Assembly (NCBI GenBank): GCA_964016885.1
Contig: OZ024747.1
Span: forward strand, 18,538,001 to 18,602,000
DNA length: 64,000 bases
Direction of reading: 5' to 3'
DNA from: Eledone cirrhosa
Taxonomy: Eukaryota
Below are positions 27,148-41,684 of the stretch, piece after piece. Within the stretch, counting starts at the first letter, position 1, and every line of letters starts with the position of its first letter. Position numbers and translations under genes: made by a program. Below the pieces are notes generated by a model that searched no databases, had not been told where the DNA came from, and worked only from the letters and a program-made list of their open reading frames with translations.

Positions 27148-27190
27148 GGAATACTGTTAGCTTCTCGCTACAACAATTTCTATACTTTTC

Positions 27191-27245
<55 letters not shown>

Positions 27246-27535
27246 TTTTGAGTTTATGTTAGTTGTATACCAACACCTCAGTATGCAGGCTGGAGCACTC
27301 GACGAAGTGCGCAGGTTGGTTTGGTTACTCCGGATATATATAGTGAATGGGTGAATGGCTGCATGTTTTTAAAATATAAAATACAGCGAAAACACTAAAA
27401 TGAGTTGGTTACATATAGCTTTGAGGTTCATAAATTGGTGCGAACTCGGGAGAGAAAACGACTATTCAGAACTGAACTAGATCTAATTATGAAACACTAT
27501 TTTTTTTTTTTTTGATTTGGCATCATTATGGAAAG

Positions 27536-27703
27536 GGCGGTGGATTGGCAGTATCGGTAGAGGGTCGGACGCCATGCTTTGACGCATAGAGTTACGGCCC
27601 TTGCCATTCTAACTTTGCCTTTCATCCTTACGGGGTCGATAAAATAAAGTACCAGTAATGTACTGGGTAATTTCTGGCCTTGTGCCAATAGTAGAAACAA
27701 TTA
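27536..27703 (+). mobile_element. Main-family SINE with internal deletion of the B box
   Basis: TSD ATTATGGAAAGGG at 27525 and 27700. Confidence 0.85.
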
Positions 27704-27993
27704 TGGAAAGGGAATGGTAAACGTGTTTATGTATGTGTGTGATAAATGGATAGATAGAGAGAAGAAACAACTAAAGAGTAATTACTTTTACGAACAATGT
27801 TGTTTATTCTCAAATCACAAATATGTAAAATATTCCATTTTGGAAGCCTAATTGTTAAATTTATTCATATTATTTTGTTGTGTAATATAACTTATAAATT
27901 AATAACTGAAAATGCCATATTGATTTTCAATATTTGGTTGTTTCTAATCAAACCGTGGAATATCCATGAGTTCTGTTAGTTATATTGATTAGT

Positions 27994-28253
27994 CGTCGTC
28001 GTCGTCGTCGTCCGACCGTCTTCGCAAGACGATGGAGTAGCTCCGCGTGGGTCTCAGCGGTTGCACTTGCGTGAGTGGCTGAACAACCCAACCCGTGAAT
28101 GGCAGTCACTGGTGCACTTGGTGCAAATATATGCTGTTGGTTGCTGAGGCTTGGATTCTTTGTCGATTCTCCTGGACCTCCTGTCAGCAAGAGCCGCATT
28201 TCTCGCATCTTCGGTTGCCCGCACACCTCTCCTCACAGTGGAGCGCCAGGATT
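27994..28253 (-). mobile_element. RTE/BovB-like LINE 3' end
   Basis: C-terminus YICTKCTSDCHSRVGLFSHSRKC*, 3' hairpin CCATCGTCTTGCGAAGACGG, (CGA)n tail, TSD TTGATTAGT at 27985 and 28254. Confidence 0.88.
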
Positions 28254-28410
28254 TTGATTAGTATATGATAGTATATGCTATATCCATTGAAACAATATGT
28301 AAGTACTTATTAAATATCGGGCAACAGAGTTACAGCTGGCTACGTTTTACTTGTTTTCCCAACAACCCTGTTGTACCTTTAGCCAAGCCCAAGATAACTT
28401 TAACTCTCAA

Positions 28411-28601
28411 ATAACTGTTTCTATTTTTTTGCACAAGGCCAGCAATTATCCCAGTGCATTACTGGTACTTTATTTTACCGACCCCGTAAGGATGAAAGGC
28501 AAAGATAACCAGGGTTTGAACAACTCAGACCGTAAAGGGACGTAATTATATGCTGCAAAGCATGGCGTCTGGCCCTCTACTGATACTGCCAATCCATCGC
28601 G
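28411..28601 (-). mobile_element. Main-family SINE
   Basis: Homology to 19537-19721; another degenerate copy at about 28795-28935. Confidence 0.85.
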
Positions 28602-28649
28602 CTAAGCACCCATCACCGTCGATGTCATTTTGGAAATATTTAACGACGA

Positions 28650-28680
28650 CACAACTACCACCACCACCACCACAACCACC

Positions 28681-28732
<52 letters not shown>

Positions 28733-28734
28733 TA

Positions 28735-28793
<59 letters not shown>
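28650..28793. repeat. (CCA)n/(CTA)n microsatellite
   Basis: Directly visible. Confidence 0.95.
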
Positions 28794-28795
<2 letters not shown>

Positions 28796-29955
28796 ATTTA
28801 GGTACAAGGTCAGTAATGTTGGGAGGGGAGTAAGACAATCGACCCTAGTTCTCCAGTACTTGACTGGTACTTTATTTTACCGACACCGGAAGGATGGAAT
28901 ACAAAGTTGACCTTGGCGGGGGTTTGAACTCAGAGTACAGTGTACTAGAACGAGTACCTAATAGTAATAATAATCATCTCTACTATAAAACAATAAAGCA
29001 GCTTGATATGGTGGGGGGGGAGGTTAGATGGAAAGTTGCGTCACATCACGTGACTAACCCGTTAGTTTGTGGTGCTGGAGTGGAGGTGGGGGGGGGGGGT
29101 TTAAATAGCAGAAAAAGTATAATAGTCTGGATGTTTGTGTGTGTGTGTGGGGGGGGGGGGGGTCACGGGATGACCAGTTGATGTGGGCTTTCGATTTTGA
29201 GGGGCGTGGTCGGAGCCTACTTACTCTCCCCATCTGTGTGTACATTATGTACACAAACACACAGACACTCACTCACATATATACACAGCGTGTCCCCCCC
29301 CCCCCCAAAAAAAAAATGTATACGCACTTTGATTACCTGTACAGGCAATATTTATTAGAATGCTGTTGAAGTGTGTAGACATTTTTTGAGACACCCTCTC
29401 TATATATACACACACTTTTAAATCATATGCATTTAGCTCAGCCTACTAAAATATTTAATAAGCAGTTTGAGATAGGGTCTAGATATCACTTTTATCCTGA
29501 ACCCTCTTACCAGCTTTGCAGGACTTGTGGGTGAAGTTGGGGGGTGGCTTCACTCGTATGATTCATTTTGTGGTGGTGAATAGAAAAGAGAAGTTACGTC
29601 AGTGACTAGAGCACGCGAATGTATATACACACGCACTGGTGTGTGATTCATTTGTCGCCTGTCTAGCGGCATTCATCCAGCACAGAGTCAATTAATTTTG
29701 ACTAAAAGTCAAACTCATGATGACAATTAACCATAACAACGCTCTTACTGGTGTCGGCGCTGAGATTGAGGGTGGCGAGGAAGATAAATGAGATTTAATT
29801 TTATGCAGGTGATATTGAAGTATCTGTTCTTGTTACGTTTAACAGATTCATAATCCTTGATGAATAATAAAGATTTTTTATTACATTTGCACAAGACCTG
29901 ACACACACACACACACACAGACACACACACACACACACACACACTTGCACACACA

Positions 29956-30020
<65 letters not shown>

Positions 30021-30566
30021 ATACACACACACAGAGAATTTTGAGTAAAAAAAGTTTGGTACTTATTTTATCGATTTTTTGTTCACCCCCCCCCCCCCTC
30101 TCTCTCACACACTAACACACGATGTGCTTCTTTGGTTTCCGTCTACCAAATTTCGTTCATAAGACACACATACACACACACACACTCACTCCCCCTTCTC
30201 CCTCTCTCTCTCTCTCTCTCTCTGCATTTGTGTATTTGAAGCAACACGCCTTTTTATATTATCGGTTTTGTAGACGTTGTCGTTGTGTGTTGTTGGAGGT
30301 AATGTTAAGAAAACATAGCATGGAAATAAAATGGTGCTAAAAATAAAATAAGAATACCCAAGAAACATTCAATGAGTTACAACCTCATAGGAGACCAGTT
30401 ATATCTGTACAGGTGTGAGCTGTGCATTTCATTTCGTTTTTCACATTGCACTAGCATCCGAAACGTTAAGACCCTCTTCCTGCTATATCAAGCGTTAACC
30501 TAATATATCCCTTCCATATACTGTACCGATTGTGTAGTTATTTCTGTTTACCTTTTACACACACGC

Positions 30567-31170
<604 letters not shown>

Positions 31171-31314
31171 AAATGCTCGGACCTACTCGTTAGAATCTTA
31201 GAGGTTATTTTCCGGGTGATATGGGGCATGTCTTTCTGGCATGACACCCATAATTTTGATTTAGATTAAATTCATTTAATTTATCTTAATTTTGTATATA
31301 TATATATATATATA

Positions 31315-31506
31315 TAACGAAGGAAATGTGGTAAGGAACCAGGTGGACCATAACGCACCAAAGTACTCAATACTTGAGGTAGTAGAGTGGGTAATAGGAA
31401 CCAGTAAGACCCCGACAGCTGAGCTCAAGCAGTTTCGACGGCTAATTCTGAGTCCAGAATTAGCCGTCGAAACGGCTTGAGCTCAGCTGTCGGGGTCTTA
31501 CTGGTT

Positions 31507-31512
<6 letters not shown>
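31315..31512 (+). mobile_element. Family H element with terminal hairpin
   Basis: Homologous to 19091-19288; flanked by (TA)n on both sides. Confidence 0.8.
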
Positions 31513-31546
<34 letters not shown>

Positions 31547-31554
31547 TGTGTGTG

Positions 31555-32020
31555 TGTAACGAAGGGTATTAGTAGTGGTTGTTAGATGAAATAACAAGAA
31601 TAGCTCATTTTCTTTATATATGAAAAGGTTTACTTCACTTCAGTCAAAAAGAACAATAAACAAGTTACCACGAGTCGCGAAGGTTGATGATGTTATTTTG
31701 TTGTTGGTTCATGAGGCTGGTGTAGTCTGAGACCAGGAGAGAGAGAGAGAGAGAGAGAGAGTAATGGTCTGTGGTTGTCTGTAGACCTCAGCGGCCTGTA
31801 GGTAACAGTGAATCTTTCACATAGCTATTCTCTGTGTACTTCTCCGATCTCTCTGTGTGTCAGACGTGGGATGATACAGGCTTTTTATACCTGTCGCTTT
31901 CTGTCTCCCGCCTCGAGGGATCGCCCATGAATGAACCCGTCCACGCCGAAAAGGATGGTGACCTAGAATTTGACTTCTAGGTGTCACCCAGGGTTCAAGG
32001 CGTGGACAGATTTCGCTACA
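31555..32020 (-). mobile_element. Probable solo LTR
   Basis: TG...CA termini with short inverted ends TGTAACGAA/TTCGCTACA, about 466 bp, TATAAAA on the minus strand near 31885; no TSD resolvable in the microsatellite. Confidence 0.6.
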
Positions 32021-32118
32021 TATACATGTACATTTTCCTATTACCTACTCTACTAGTATTGAGTACTCTGGTGCGTTATGGTCCACCTGGTTCCCTGCCA
32101 CACTTCACTTCCTTCGTC

Positions 32119-32190
<72 letters not shown>

Positions 32191-32388
32191 ATCTCAAGAT
32201 AGATTCAGTAAAAACCTGGTTAGACCATTACTTACCAGAGTACTCGATACTGGGGGTAGTAGAGTGTGGTTATATGAATGAGTCAGGACCCCGACGGCTG
32301 AGTTCTTCCTGTTTCAACAGCTAGTTCCAGTTTCTGGAGTTAGCTGTTGGAACGGCAAGAGCTCAGCCGTCGAGGTCCTGAGTTATTC

Positions 32389-32422
<34 letters not shown>

Positions 32423-32482
32423 ATGTGTGTGCGCGTGCGTATACATATGCAATCTTACACAAAACGCCAGCATCACCAGTTT

Positions 32483-32591
<109 letters not shown>

Positions 32592-33001
32592 AATAGAATA
32601 GAGTGAGGTTTATACAAGCAACAAAATACACAGAATAGACTTGAAATTAATTTTCTTTCAAGTCTCTAGTACACTTAAAGTCATTCACACCACAAATTAT
32701 TTCTTTTCCTGTAAATATATCCTGAGGAAATGACCATTCTACGTTTGCAATATATATTCTAAAAATAAAAAAAAAGTGCAACCTAAAACACAAAATCGCA
32801 TAGGTAGGATATTCTTGAAAGGTGCAAAAAAAAAAGCACTATGATTGCATTATATTGAGATTTGAAACTTTTACTTTAATACTGCAAATTTCCACAACAA
32901 TCTGTCCAATGGAAATAATACTATAAACATATGAATTAAACAAACACATTTTTAGATATGTTCTGCTGAATCATGGCAGGATGTTAAGAATTAAAGGAAG
33001 C

Positions 33002-33034
<33 letters not shown>

Positions 33035-33076
33035 AAGGAGGAAATTGTAGTTTACTTGAAGCATTGCGTAGTGAGG

Positions 33077-33456
33077 TATAAACGTTTGGAATTAGAAGGC
33101 GAGAACAATGCAGGTTTGGATATAGAATATAAATACAAATGCAACAGATATTGCTGACAATTAGTCTTTTACCTTAAATTTATTTGAATATCCTTAATTT
33201 TCAAGATAATATCTCGTCTTCGGAGGGAGATAAAGGGGTTAATCCAGTGTTCTAATTAGCTTGCCATGACAAGCTAATTAGAACACTGGATTAACACCTT
33301 TACTTCTCTCCGAAGAAGAGATATTATCTCGAAAATTAAGGATATTCAAATAAATTTAAGGTAAAAGACTAATTGTCAGCAATATCTTTTGTATTTGTAT
33401 TTATATTCTATATCCAAACCTGCATTGTTCTCGCCTTCTAATTCCAAGCGTTTATA
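33077..33456. mobile_element. Fold-back palindrome with variant hammerhead (CCGAAGA core) in each arm
   Basis: Centre near 33266. Left arm, minus strand: CCT-CCGAAGA-C-GAGATA-T-TATCTT-GAAA-AT-TA-AGG. Right arm, plus strand: 33303-33345. Confidence 0.75.
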
Positions 33457-33464
33457 TATATATG

Positions 33465-33564
<100 letters not shown>

Positions 33565-33720
33565 GTTGATAAAGGAAACAAAACAAGCAGAGGATGCAAA
33601 AATACGCTGATATATTAGGTTCACGCTTGGAGGAAATGGAGGAGTGTTCGACGTTCCGGACAGAAATCCTTCATCGAGAAAGTTCAAGTTCGGATAAGGA
33701 GATAACAGGTAGATCTATGG

Positions 33721-33775
<55 letters not shown>

Positions 33776-34374
33776 GATTGTGGATTGTCAGTTTAGAAAT
33801 TAGTAAGATCATATTCAGCTAAGTACTCGATAGATGGGAAAATAGAGAGTAGGTATAGTGAAAAGTTTGTGCACGACGTCCGATATCAAATTCTGCTCAG
33901 CAAGATTGTGTCAATTCTGATTTCAAGTAATCTTTTTCTTAGCTTCTTAATATTACCACATTATCAAAAACTTTTTCTCCTGCCTTCCCACACTCTCTCC
34001 CTCTTTGTAATTGGTGAACTTAACTATCATTTCTAGCAAATCGAGATACCTCCCAAAGCCTTTATCATTATTTCGTTGTAGGTAAGGATTGAAGAAGTTG
34101 GCAGTTGTGATAGCGCCAAGTGAGACAGGATGCTATAGTTTGAAACAAAATATAAACAAATAGGTAACAATACAAATAAAACCGAAATCATTAGTAACTG
34201 AAAGTAGAAGCAACAGTCATATAAAAAAAATATTAAAACAGCTGCTGCCAGTGATGGTGGTAAGGTGTAGTGAAAGAAGAAGGTGGGTGAAGATGAAACA
34301 ACAGATGGTGCCATCTAATACTACTAAATTACATTATTCTATATTCACGTGTGATGATGAATACCTTTCTGGTG

Positions 34375-34996
<622 letters not shown>

Positions 34997-35035
34997 ATAT
35001 ATATATATATATAATATATATATACGAGTATATAT

Positions 35036-35165
<130 letters not shown>

Positions 35166-35445
35166 AAGTATAATGAATTCTTTTACAATGGAATTAGCTC
35201 AAAGAAAGAAATATTTGTGAGCCGTGTAAAACATTTTAATATAAATTAATATATATGATGAAACACAAATACCAACATATCTGTATTTATATTGCAAAAG
35301 AAAATTTAGCCAGAATGAAGTATACTAATTATAATATTACAGTATGTCCATATCGATTTAAAATAATAAATCAACAAAGACGAACTGTATTGCCAAATGG
35401 CCATATATATATATAAATATATATAATCTATATATACATATATAT

Positions 35446-36302
35446 CTAGGGCGGGTAAAATTCCCGAGATCCATGGACGAGTTCTCTCCAGCGGTCTCTG
35501 TCCCTCATTATTACTACCATGTCCTGCGTCTCCAAGAGACCAGTGTCTCTCCTTAGGGCATCAACATATGTTAACCTTGGTCTTCCTATTCCAGTGTGTC
35601 CACGCAGGGGCTCCCACATGAGCACTGAGTGCAGTGTCAATTCTGGATGTCGGTGAGCATGTCCAGCTAACCTCAATCTTCTCTGTGTCACTTTTGAACT
35701 AACTTTTGGGAGGCTCCCATACAGCTCTGAGTTTTTCATCCTCAGTGTATACTGATTAATGTTCAGAGCCATCCTCAGCATTCTCGTGTAGCAGCCATCC
35801 ACCATCTGATGGATTTTCTTGGTCAGTGTCCAAGTCTCAGACCCGTACAGCAGCACAGACTCCACTACAGCAATGAAGAGGCGGATCTTCAGGTCTTTAC
35901 GAAAGTCCGACTTCCTCACCGATCTCAAGCTGTGGCATGCCGCCCAGGCTTTGCTCTTCATCGTAGTGGACTATTGTCCTTGCACTGGAGAAACACCAGG
36001 ACTCTGGCTTTACTGTAACACCGGCTCAGAGCAGGAGAGTTAAGACGAAAAAGATATCGGATGCTGAATTTGCCGACGACATAGTTTTGGTGACAAATAC
36101 AGTGAAGGAGGCAGAGGATTTGGTGCAGGAGGTTGAGACTGTGTCGATGAGTGTGGGGTTGAGAATGAATGAGATTAAGACAAAATATCTGGTAGAGAAT
36201 GTTGAGAAGCCAGAGGGGATTACTAATGTAGGCGGGAAGCCGCTGGAATTGGTTGAGAACTTCCTGTATTTGGGAGCAAAGATTGGGAATACGGAAGATG
36301 AT
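35446..36302 (-). mobile_element. RTE-clade LINE fragment with 5' inversion, inserted in (TA)n
   Basis: Minus 35446-35961: KSKAWAAC...VLLYGSETWTLT...LAGHAHRHPE. Plus 35962-36302: AEFADDIVL...GLRMNEIKTK...FLYLGAKIGNTEDDI. Confidence 0.9.
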
Positions 36303-36788
36303 ATATATATATATATAATCTATATACTTATATATATATATATATACAAAATATATATATATATATAAGTATATAGATTATATATATATATATATATATT
36401 TATTCAGGTTTAAGGTTCACCACTGTATAGAGCTGGTCTATTCCGTATGGTCAATCGTAATGTAATAATATAGAGAGTACTCAACGTAAAGCAGTTATAT
36501 ATACTTATATATATATACTTATATATATATATCTATAGATATATATAATCTATATACTATATATATATAGATATATATAATCTATGTAATATATATATAT
36601 ATATATATAATCTATATAGATATATATAATCTATATAATATATAATATATATATAATATATATACATATATATAATAAATATATATATATATATATATAT
36701 ATGATATAATTTAATGGTTTGTAACTTAACGTTACTATTGGTTCACCAACTTGCCACAGATTCGGAGATGCTCTGTGACAACAATAAT

Positions 36789-36968
36789 TGTTTCTACTTT
36801 AGGCACAAGGCCAGCAATTACCCAGTGCATTACTGGTACTTTATTTTATCGACCACGTAAGGATGAAAGGCAAAGTCAACCTCGACGGGATTTGAACTCA
36901 GATCGTAAAGGGACGTAACTATGCTGGAAGCATGGCGTCCGACCCTCTACCGATACTGCCAATCCAAC
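36789..36968 (-). mobile_element. Main-family SINE
   Basis: 19-bp TSD GCTCTGTGACAACAATAAT at 36770 and 36969. Confidence 0.92.
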
Positions 36969-37002
36969 GCTCTGTGACAACAATAATACCTATGCTGCAG
37001 GT

Positions 37003-37003
37003 A

Positions 37004-37054
<51 letters not shown>

Positions 37055-37100
37055 AAATAGTAGTAGTAGTAGTAGCAGTAGTAGTAGTGGTAGTAGCGGC

Positions 37101-37135
<35 letters not shown>

Positions 37136-37253
37136 TAGCGGTAGTAGTAGTAGAAGAAATAGTAGTAGTAGTAGTAGTAGTGGTAGTAGCGGCAGCAGCA
37201 GCAGTAGTAGTAGCGGTAGTAGTAATAGTAGTAGTAGTAGTAGCAGCAGCAGT
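37003..37253. repeat. (TAG)n microsatellite
   Basis: Directly visible. Confidence 0.95.
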
Positions 37254-37379
37254 GGCTTAGGATGAGGAAAACTCATGGCATTGCCAACTGCCGGAAGCAT
37301 TTGAAAAAAAAATAAACAAAAAGAAAAAGTATGGTGGCTGATTCCCAATTGTTTAATATTTTTTCCTAAAACCTAACTA

Positions 37380-38930
37380 CTCCCCCTTCACCACCACCAC
37401 GACCTCTACTGCCACCTTCACCACCACCACCTCTACTGCCACCTTCACCACCACCACCTTTACTGCCACCTTCACCACCACCACCTCTACTGCCACCTTC
37501 ACCACCACCACCTTTACTGCCACCTTCACCACCACCACCTCTACTGCCACCTTCACCACCACCACCTTTACTGCCACCTTCACCACCACCACCTCTACTG
37601 CCACCTTCACCACCACCACCTTTACTGCCACCTTCACCACCACCACCTCTACTGCCACCTTCACCACCACCACCATTACTGCCACCTTCACCCAACCACC
37701 ACCTCCAATGTCACCTTCACCACCACCACCACCTCTACTGCCACTTCCCCACCATCACCTCTACTGCCACTTCCCCACCATCACCACCACCTTCACCACC
37801 ATCACCACCATCACCACCACCTTCACCACCACCACCACCTCTGCTACCACCTTCACCACCATCACCACCTCTACTGCCACCTTCACCACCACCACCACCT
37901 CTACTGCCACCTTCACCACCATCACCACCACCACCACCTCTACTGCCACCTTCACCACCACCACCACCTCTACTGCCACTTCCCCACCATCACCACCACC
38001 TTCACCACCATCACCACCATCACCACCACCTTCACCACCACCACCACCTCTGCTACCACCTTCACCACCATCACCACCTCTACTGCCACCTTCACCACCA
38101 CCACCACCTCTACTGCCACCTTCACCACCATCACCACCACCACCACCTCTACTGCCACCTTCACCACCATCACCACCTCTACTACCACCTTCACCACCAC
38201 TACCACCTTCACCACCACCACCACCATCACCATTGCCACCTTCACCACCATCACTATTACCTTCACTACCATCTCCACCATCACCATTGCCACCTTCACC
38301 ACCATCACTATTACCTTCACTACCACCACTATTACCTTCACTACCATCTCCACCATCACCATTGCCACCTTCACTACCACCACTACCACCTTCACCACCA
38401 CCACCACCATCACCATTGCCACCTTCACCACCATCACTATTACCTTCACTACCATCTCCACCATCACCATTGCCACCTTCACTACCACCACTACCACCTT
38501 CACCACCACCACCACCATCACCATTGCCACCTTCACCACCATCACTATTACCTTCACTACCATCTCCACCATCACCATTGCCACCTTCACTACCACCACT
38601 ATTACCTTCACTACCATCTCCACCATCACCATTGCCACCTTCACTACCACCACTATTACCTTCACTACCATCTCCACCATCACCATTGCCACCTTCACTA
38701 CCACCACTATTACCTTCACTACCATCTCCACCATCACCATTGCCACCTTCACTACCACCACTATTACCTTCACTACCATCTCCACCATCACCATTGCCAC
38801 CTTCACCACCATCACTATTACCTTCACTACCATCTCCACCATCACCATTGCCACCTTCACTACCACCACCACCACCACCATCACCATCACCAATCACCAC
38901 TGCCACATTCACCACCGCCATCATCACCAT
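37380..38930. repeat. (CCA)n-derived compound minisatellite (27-, 54- and 57-bp periodicities)
   Basis: CTCTACTGCCACCTTCACCACCACCAC units evolving into longer ACCATCTCCACCATCACCATTGCCACCTTCACT-containing units. Confidence 0.9.
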
Positions 38931-38959
38931 CAACAGCAACAATAACGACGAGCTAACGA

Positions 38960-39390
38960 GTGAGCATCCATGTGGTTGCTCGACCAGCTAGAAATAGCAA
39001 CTAAATCCTCCAATTATAAGTACTCAGCCGTCTTGGGGAAAGGAAATGTCACCAGGCAATAAATGTAATCATACACATCTCTAAAGAGACTGGTTGGTCA
39101 TGGCTGGAATGCATTTTCTCATAGATCTGTTTGACTAAAGCTGACCTAGGGCTATACGACAGCAATATAAATTACGCACTAGCGAAGCAGACTGCTTACA
39201 TAGACCCTTGGCATGCTAGAAATAGCAGTCAAACATCCTCAAATCATATCCTACCCGTCATTAGATAAAAAAAGAACATATTAGACACCATAGTTCTAGA
39301 TTGAACTACCTGAAATGAAGACGGGATAGTCACGGATGGAATGCTTTTGATCGCAAATCTGTTCATTTAGAACTCACTGGAAGCTAAACA
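38960..39390 (+). mobile_element. Two tandem copies of an old dispersed repeat (GCTAGAAATAGCAGCCAAATC... family)
   Basis: Related pieces at about 8200-8420, 11700-11880 (minus), 50560-50710, 55900-56050 (minus) and 56150-56340 (minus). Confidence 0.55.
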
Positions 39391-41049
39391 ACTCCGTCGA
39401 CAACACTAATAACTCTATCTCCACCACCACCATCACCACCACCACCTTCACCACCACCTTCATCTATAGTAAAGCCATCAACAACACACCCAGTTCCACC
39501 GACACCACCACCACTATCAGTATCATTATCATCATCATCAACAATTCCAACGTCACCACCACCATCAGCAACAATTCCACTGACACCACCACCACCACCA
39601 CCACCACCACCACCACTACCACCACCAGATAACTCCGCCAACATCCATCCTATTTTCTCGCTGTTCTTTGCCACTTCCACCCGGCCAGCCTCATTTTTCC
39701 ATCCATTCCGCCTCAAGAGACACACTGACTTAGTTTACCGCCTGTCTGTGGGTGTCAGGTGCGGTTAGTCTCTCTCTATTATCCTTATTAAGACTTGTGG
39801 AATACTTCAAGTCGTACTTCGTTATCTTCCGGGGAAGAAGAAGAAGCTGTTGTGTTTTCTTTTATTATTATTATTAGATTAGCAGAATCGTTGGGGCGTT
39901 GGACAAATTCTTTGCGGTATTTAGTTATGGCAGTTTACGATTTGAGTTCAAATCTTGCTGAGGACAACTTTACATCTTGGGCTCGATAAAATACAGTACC
40001 AGTCCAACACCGGGTTGATTCTTCCCCCCACTCTATTTTTATCTCTCTCTCTCTCACCTCTTTTCTCTCCCTCCCTCACTGCTTCTCTCTCTCATTCACC
40101 CTTTCTCTTTCTTTCTCTCACCACTTTTCTCTCTCTCCCTCCCTGCTTTTCTCTCTCTCTCCCTCACTGCTTCGCCCTCCCTCGCCGTATCTCTCTCTCT
40201 AACCACCACTTCTTTCTCTCTAACTTCCACTTCTATTTCTCTATAGAAGAAATCGACTATGTTTCGACCTAGAGGGGTATGGGCTCCACTAATTTTAAAA
40301 TGCCCAAGGCACACCGTGTGTCAGGACAGTTGTAAGAATCCTAGTTATAAGGGCATTGTGTTTACGACCATAATGTCGCATATTAGATTCCTGGCCCGGG
40401 CGGTGCATCGTGTTTTTAGTCCAGGTCACTCAGCTGAAAATGAAAACCAGAATCAGATTGATATTAAGACTCCGAAGGACTGTCGTCATATCCAGAGAGA
40501 AACTTTCATTCTTAGTCGCTTAACGCCAATGTCACTGGGATTAGCTCTGATCTGATAAGCCGCAAGTATTGGGACCTTTTCTTTAAAATGTATTGGAAGC
40601 AATCAGCCCAGGTCTTTCGTTTGAGGATATCTACTTCATTCTTTCCAACCTGTATCAGAGGCCCTGAAATGGTGGTGGTGGTGGTGGGTGGGGTGGGGTG
40701 GGGTGGGGGTGGGGGGAATATGCTACTTCGCACTTTTACTAAACGTAAAAAATAAACTATCAACGAAAAAGCGCGGACAGTTTCTTTTACTGAAGCATAT
40801 AAACTCTATATTTACATACGTCTTTCATTATGCTTGACCTTTTGACATACGTAAATACATAAAAGGTCACTCGTTTAGTAGAATTATACATGGATACATA
40901 TACACATGTATATATAAACACACACATGCATGTGTATGTATGTATACAGTCACACACACATGCACAAACGTATACATATATTATATTATATATATACATA
41001 TATATATGTATATATATATGTATATATATGTGTATATATATATATGTGT

Positions 41050-41383
41050 ATAATATAAGATCAAAAGATGGTTAAAGGAGTTCCATATATTTTATTATGC
41101 GCATTTCAAAAACAAACATCATCAAGCAATAATATTTGTGTTTTCATCAGATAAAACAGGAGAACATGATATGAAGGCTAAAAAACACTTGTGGATAGTG
41201 CAGTTTTAAATCAACATGTTGATTTAAAACTGCACTATCCACAAGTGTTTTTTAGCCTTCATATCATGTTCTCCTGTTTTATCTGATGAAAACACAAATA
41301 TTATTGCTTGATGATGTTTGTTTTTGAAATGCGCATAATAAAATATATGGAACTCCTTTAACCATCTTTTGATCTTATATTAT
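41050..41383. mobile_element. 334-bp palindrome with a hammerhead in each arm
   Basis: Centre AACA|TGTT at 41216/41217 with no loop; left end in a TA-rich tract. Confidence 0.92.
41277..41343 (+). ncRNA. Type I minimal hammerhead ribozyme
   Basis: TTTTAT-CTGATGA-[AAACACAAATATTATT...GATGATGTTTGTTTTT]-GAAA-TGCGCA-TA-ATAAAA; mirror copy on the minus strand at 41090-41156. Confidence 0.85.
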
Positions 41384-41517
41384 GCATACTCCAGTCCCAC
41401 AAACTGTAGAGTGCTTCTTATCCGATATCTGCATTGCTTTATTGTACTACAATAAAACTCACCTCCTACATATATATGTGTATATATATATACATATATA
41501 TGTATATATGTATATAT

Positions 41518-41552
<35 letters not shown>

Positions 41553-41633
41553 GTAAAAAATTGAACGGGAACAAAACAGAGAGGCAGTACGAACAAAGGT
41601 TTATTAGTTTCACGCTCTTGAGAGTGGGGAGGT

Positions 41634-41678
<45 letters not shown>

Positions 41679-41684
<6 letters not shown>

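Noticed and set aside
33640-33680. Minus-strand TCGATGA-AGGA-TTTCTG-TCC-GGAACGTCG motif
   Set aside because: Probably an HHR relic, but both core segments are mutated, so it is not supportable as a feature
37366-38991. Extensin-like Pro-rich or Gly-rich ORFs
   Set aside because: Open on both strands and in several frames because of the (CCA)n-derived repeat; no ATG/signal-peptide or splice support, and it adjoins other microsatellites
40512-40664. Possible minus-strand terminal exon (also similar candidates at about 29750-29897 and 61288-61431)
   Set aside because: Only an AG plus a short open frame; no recognisable homology, and the phases do not join into a consistent gene model
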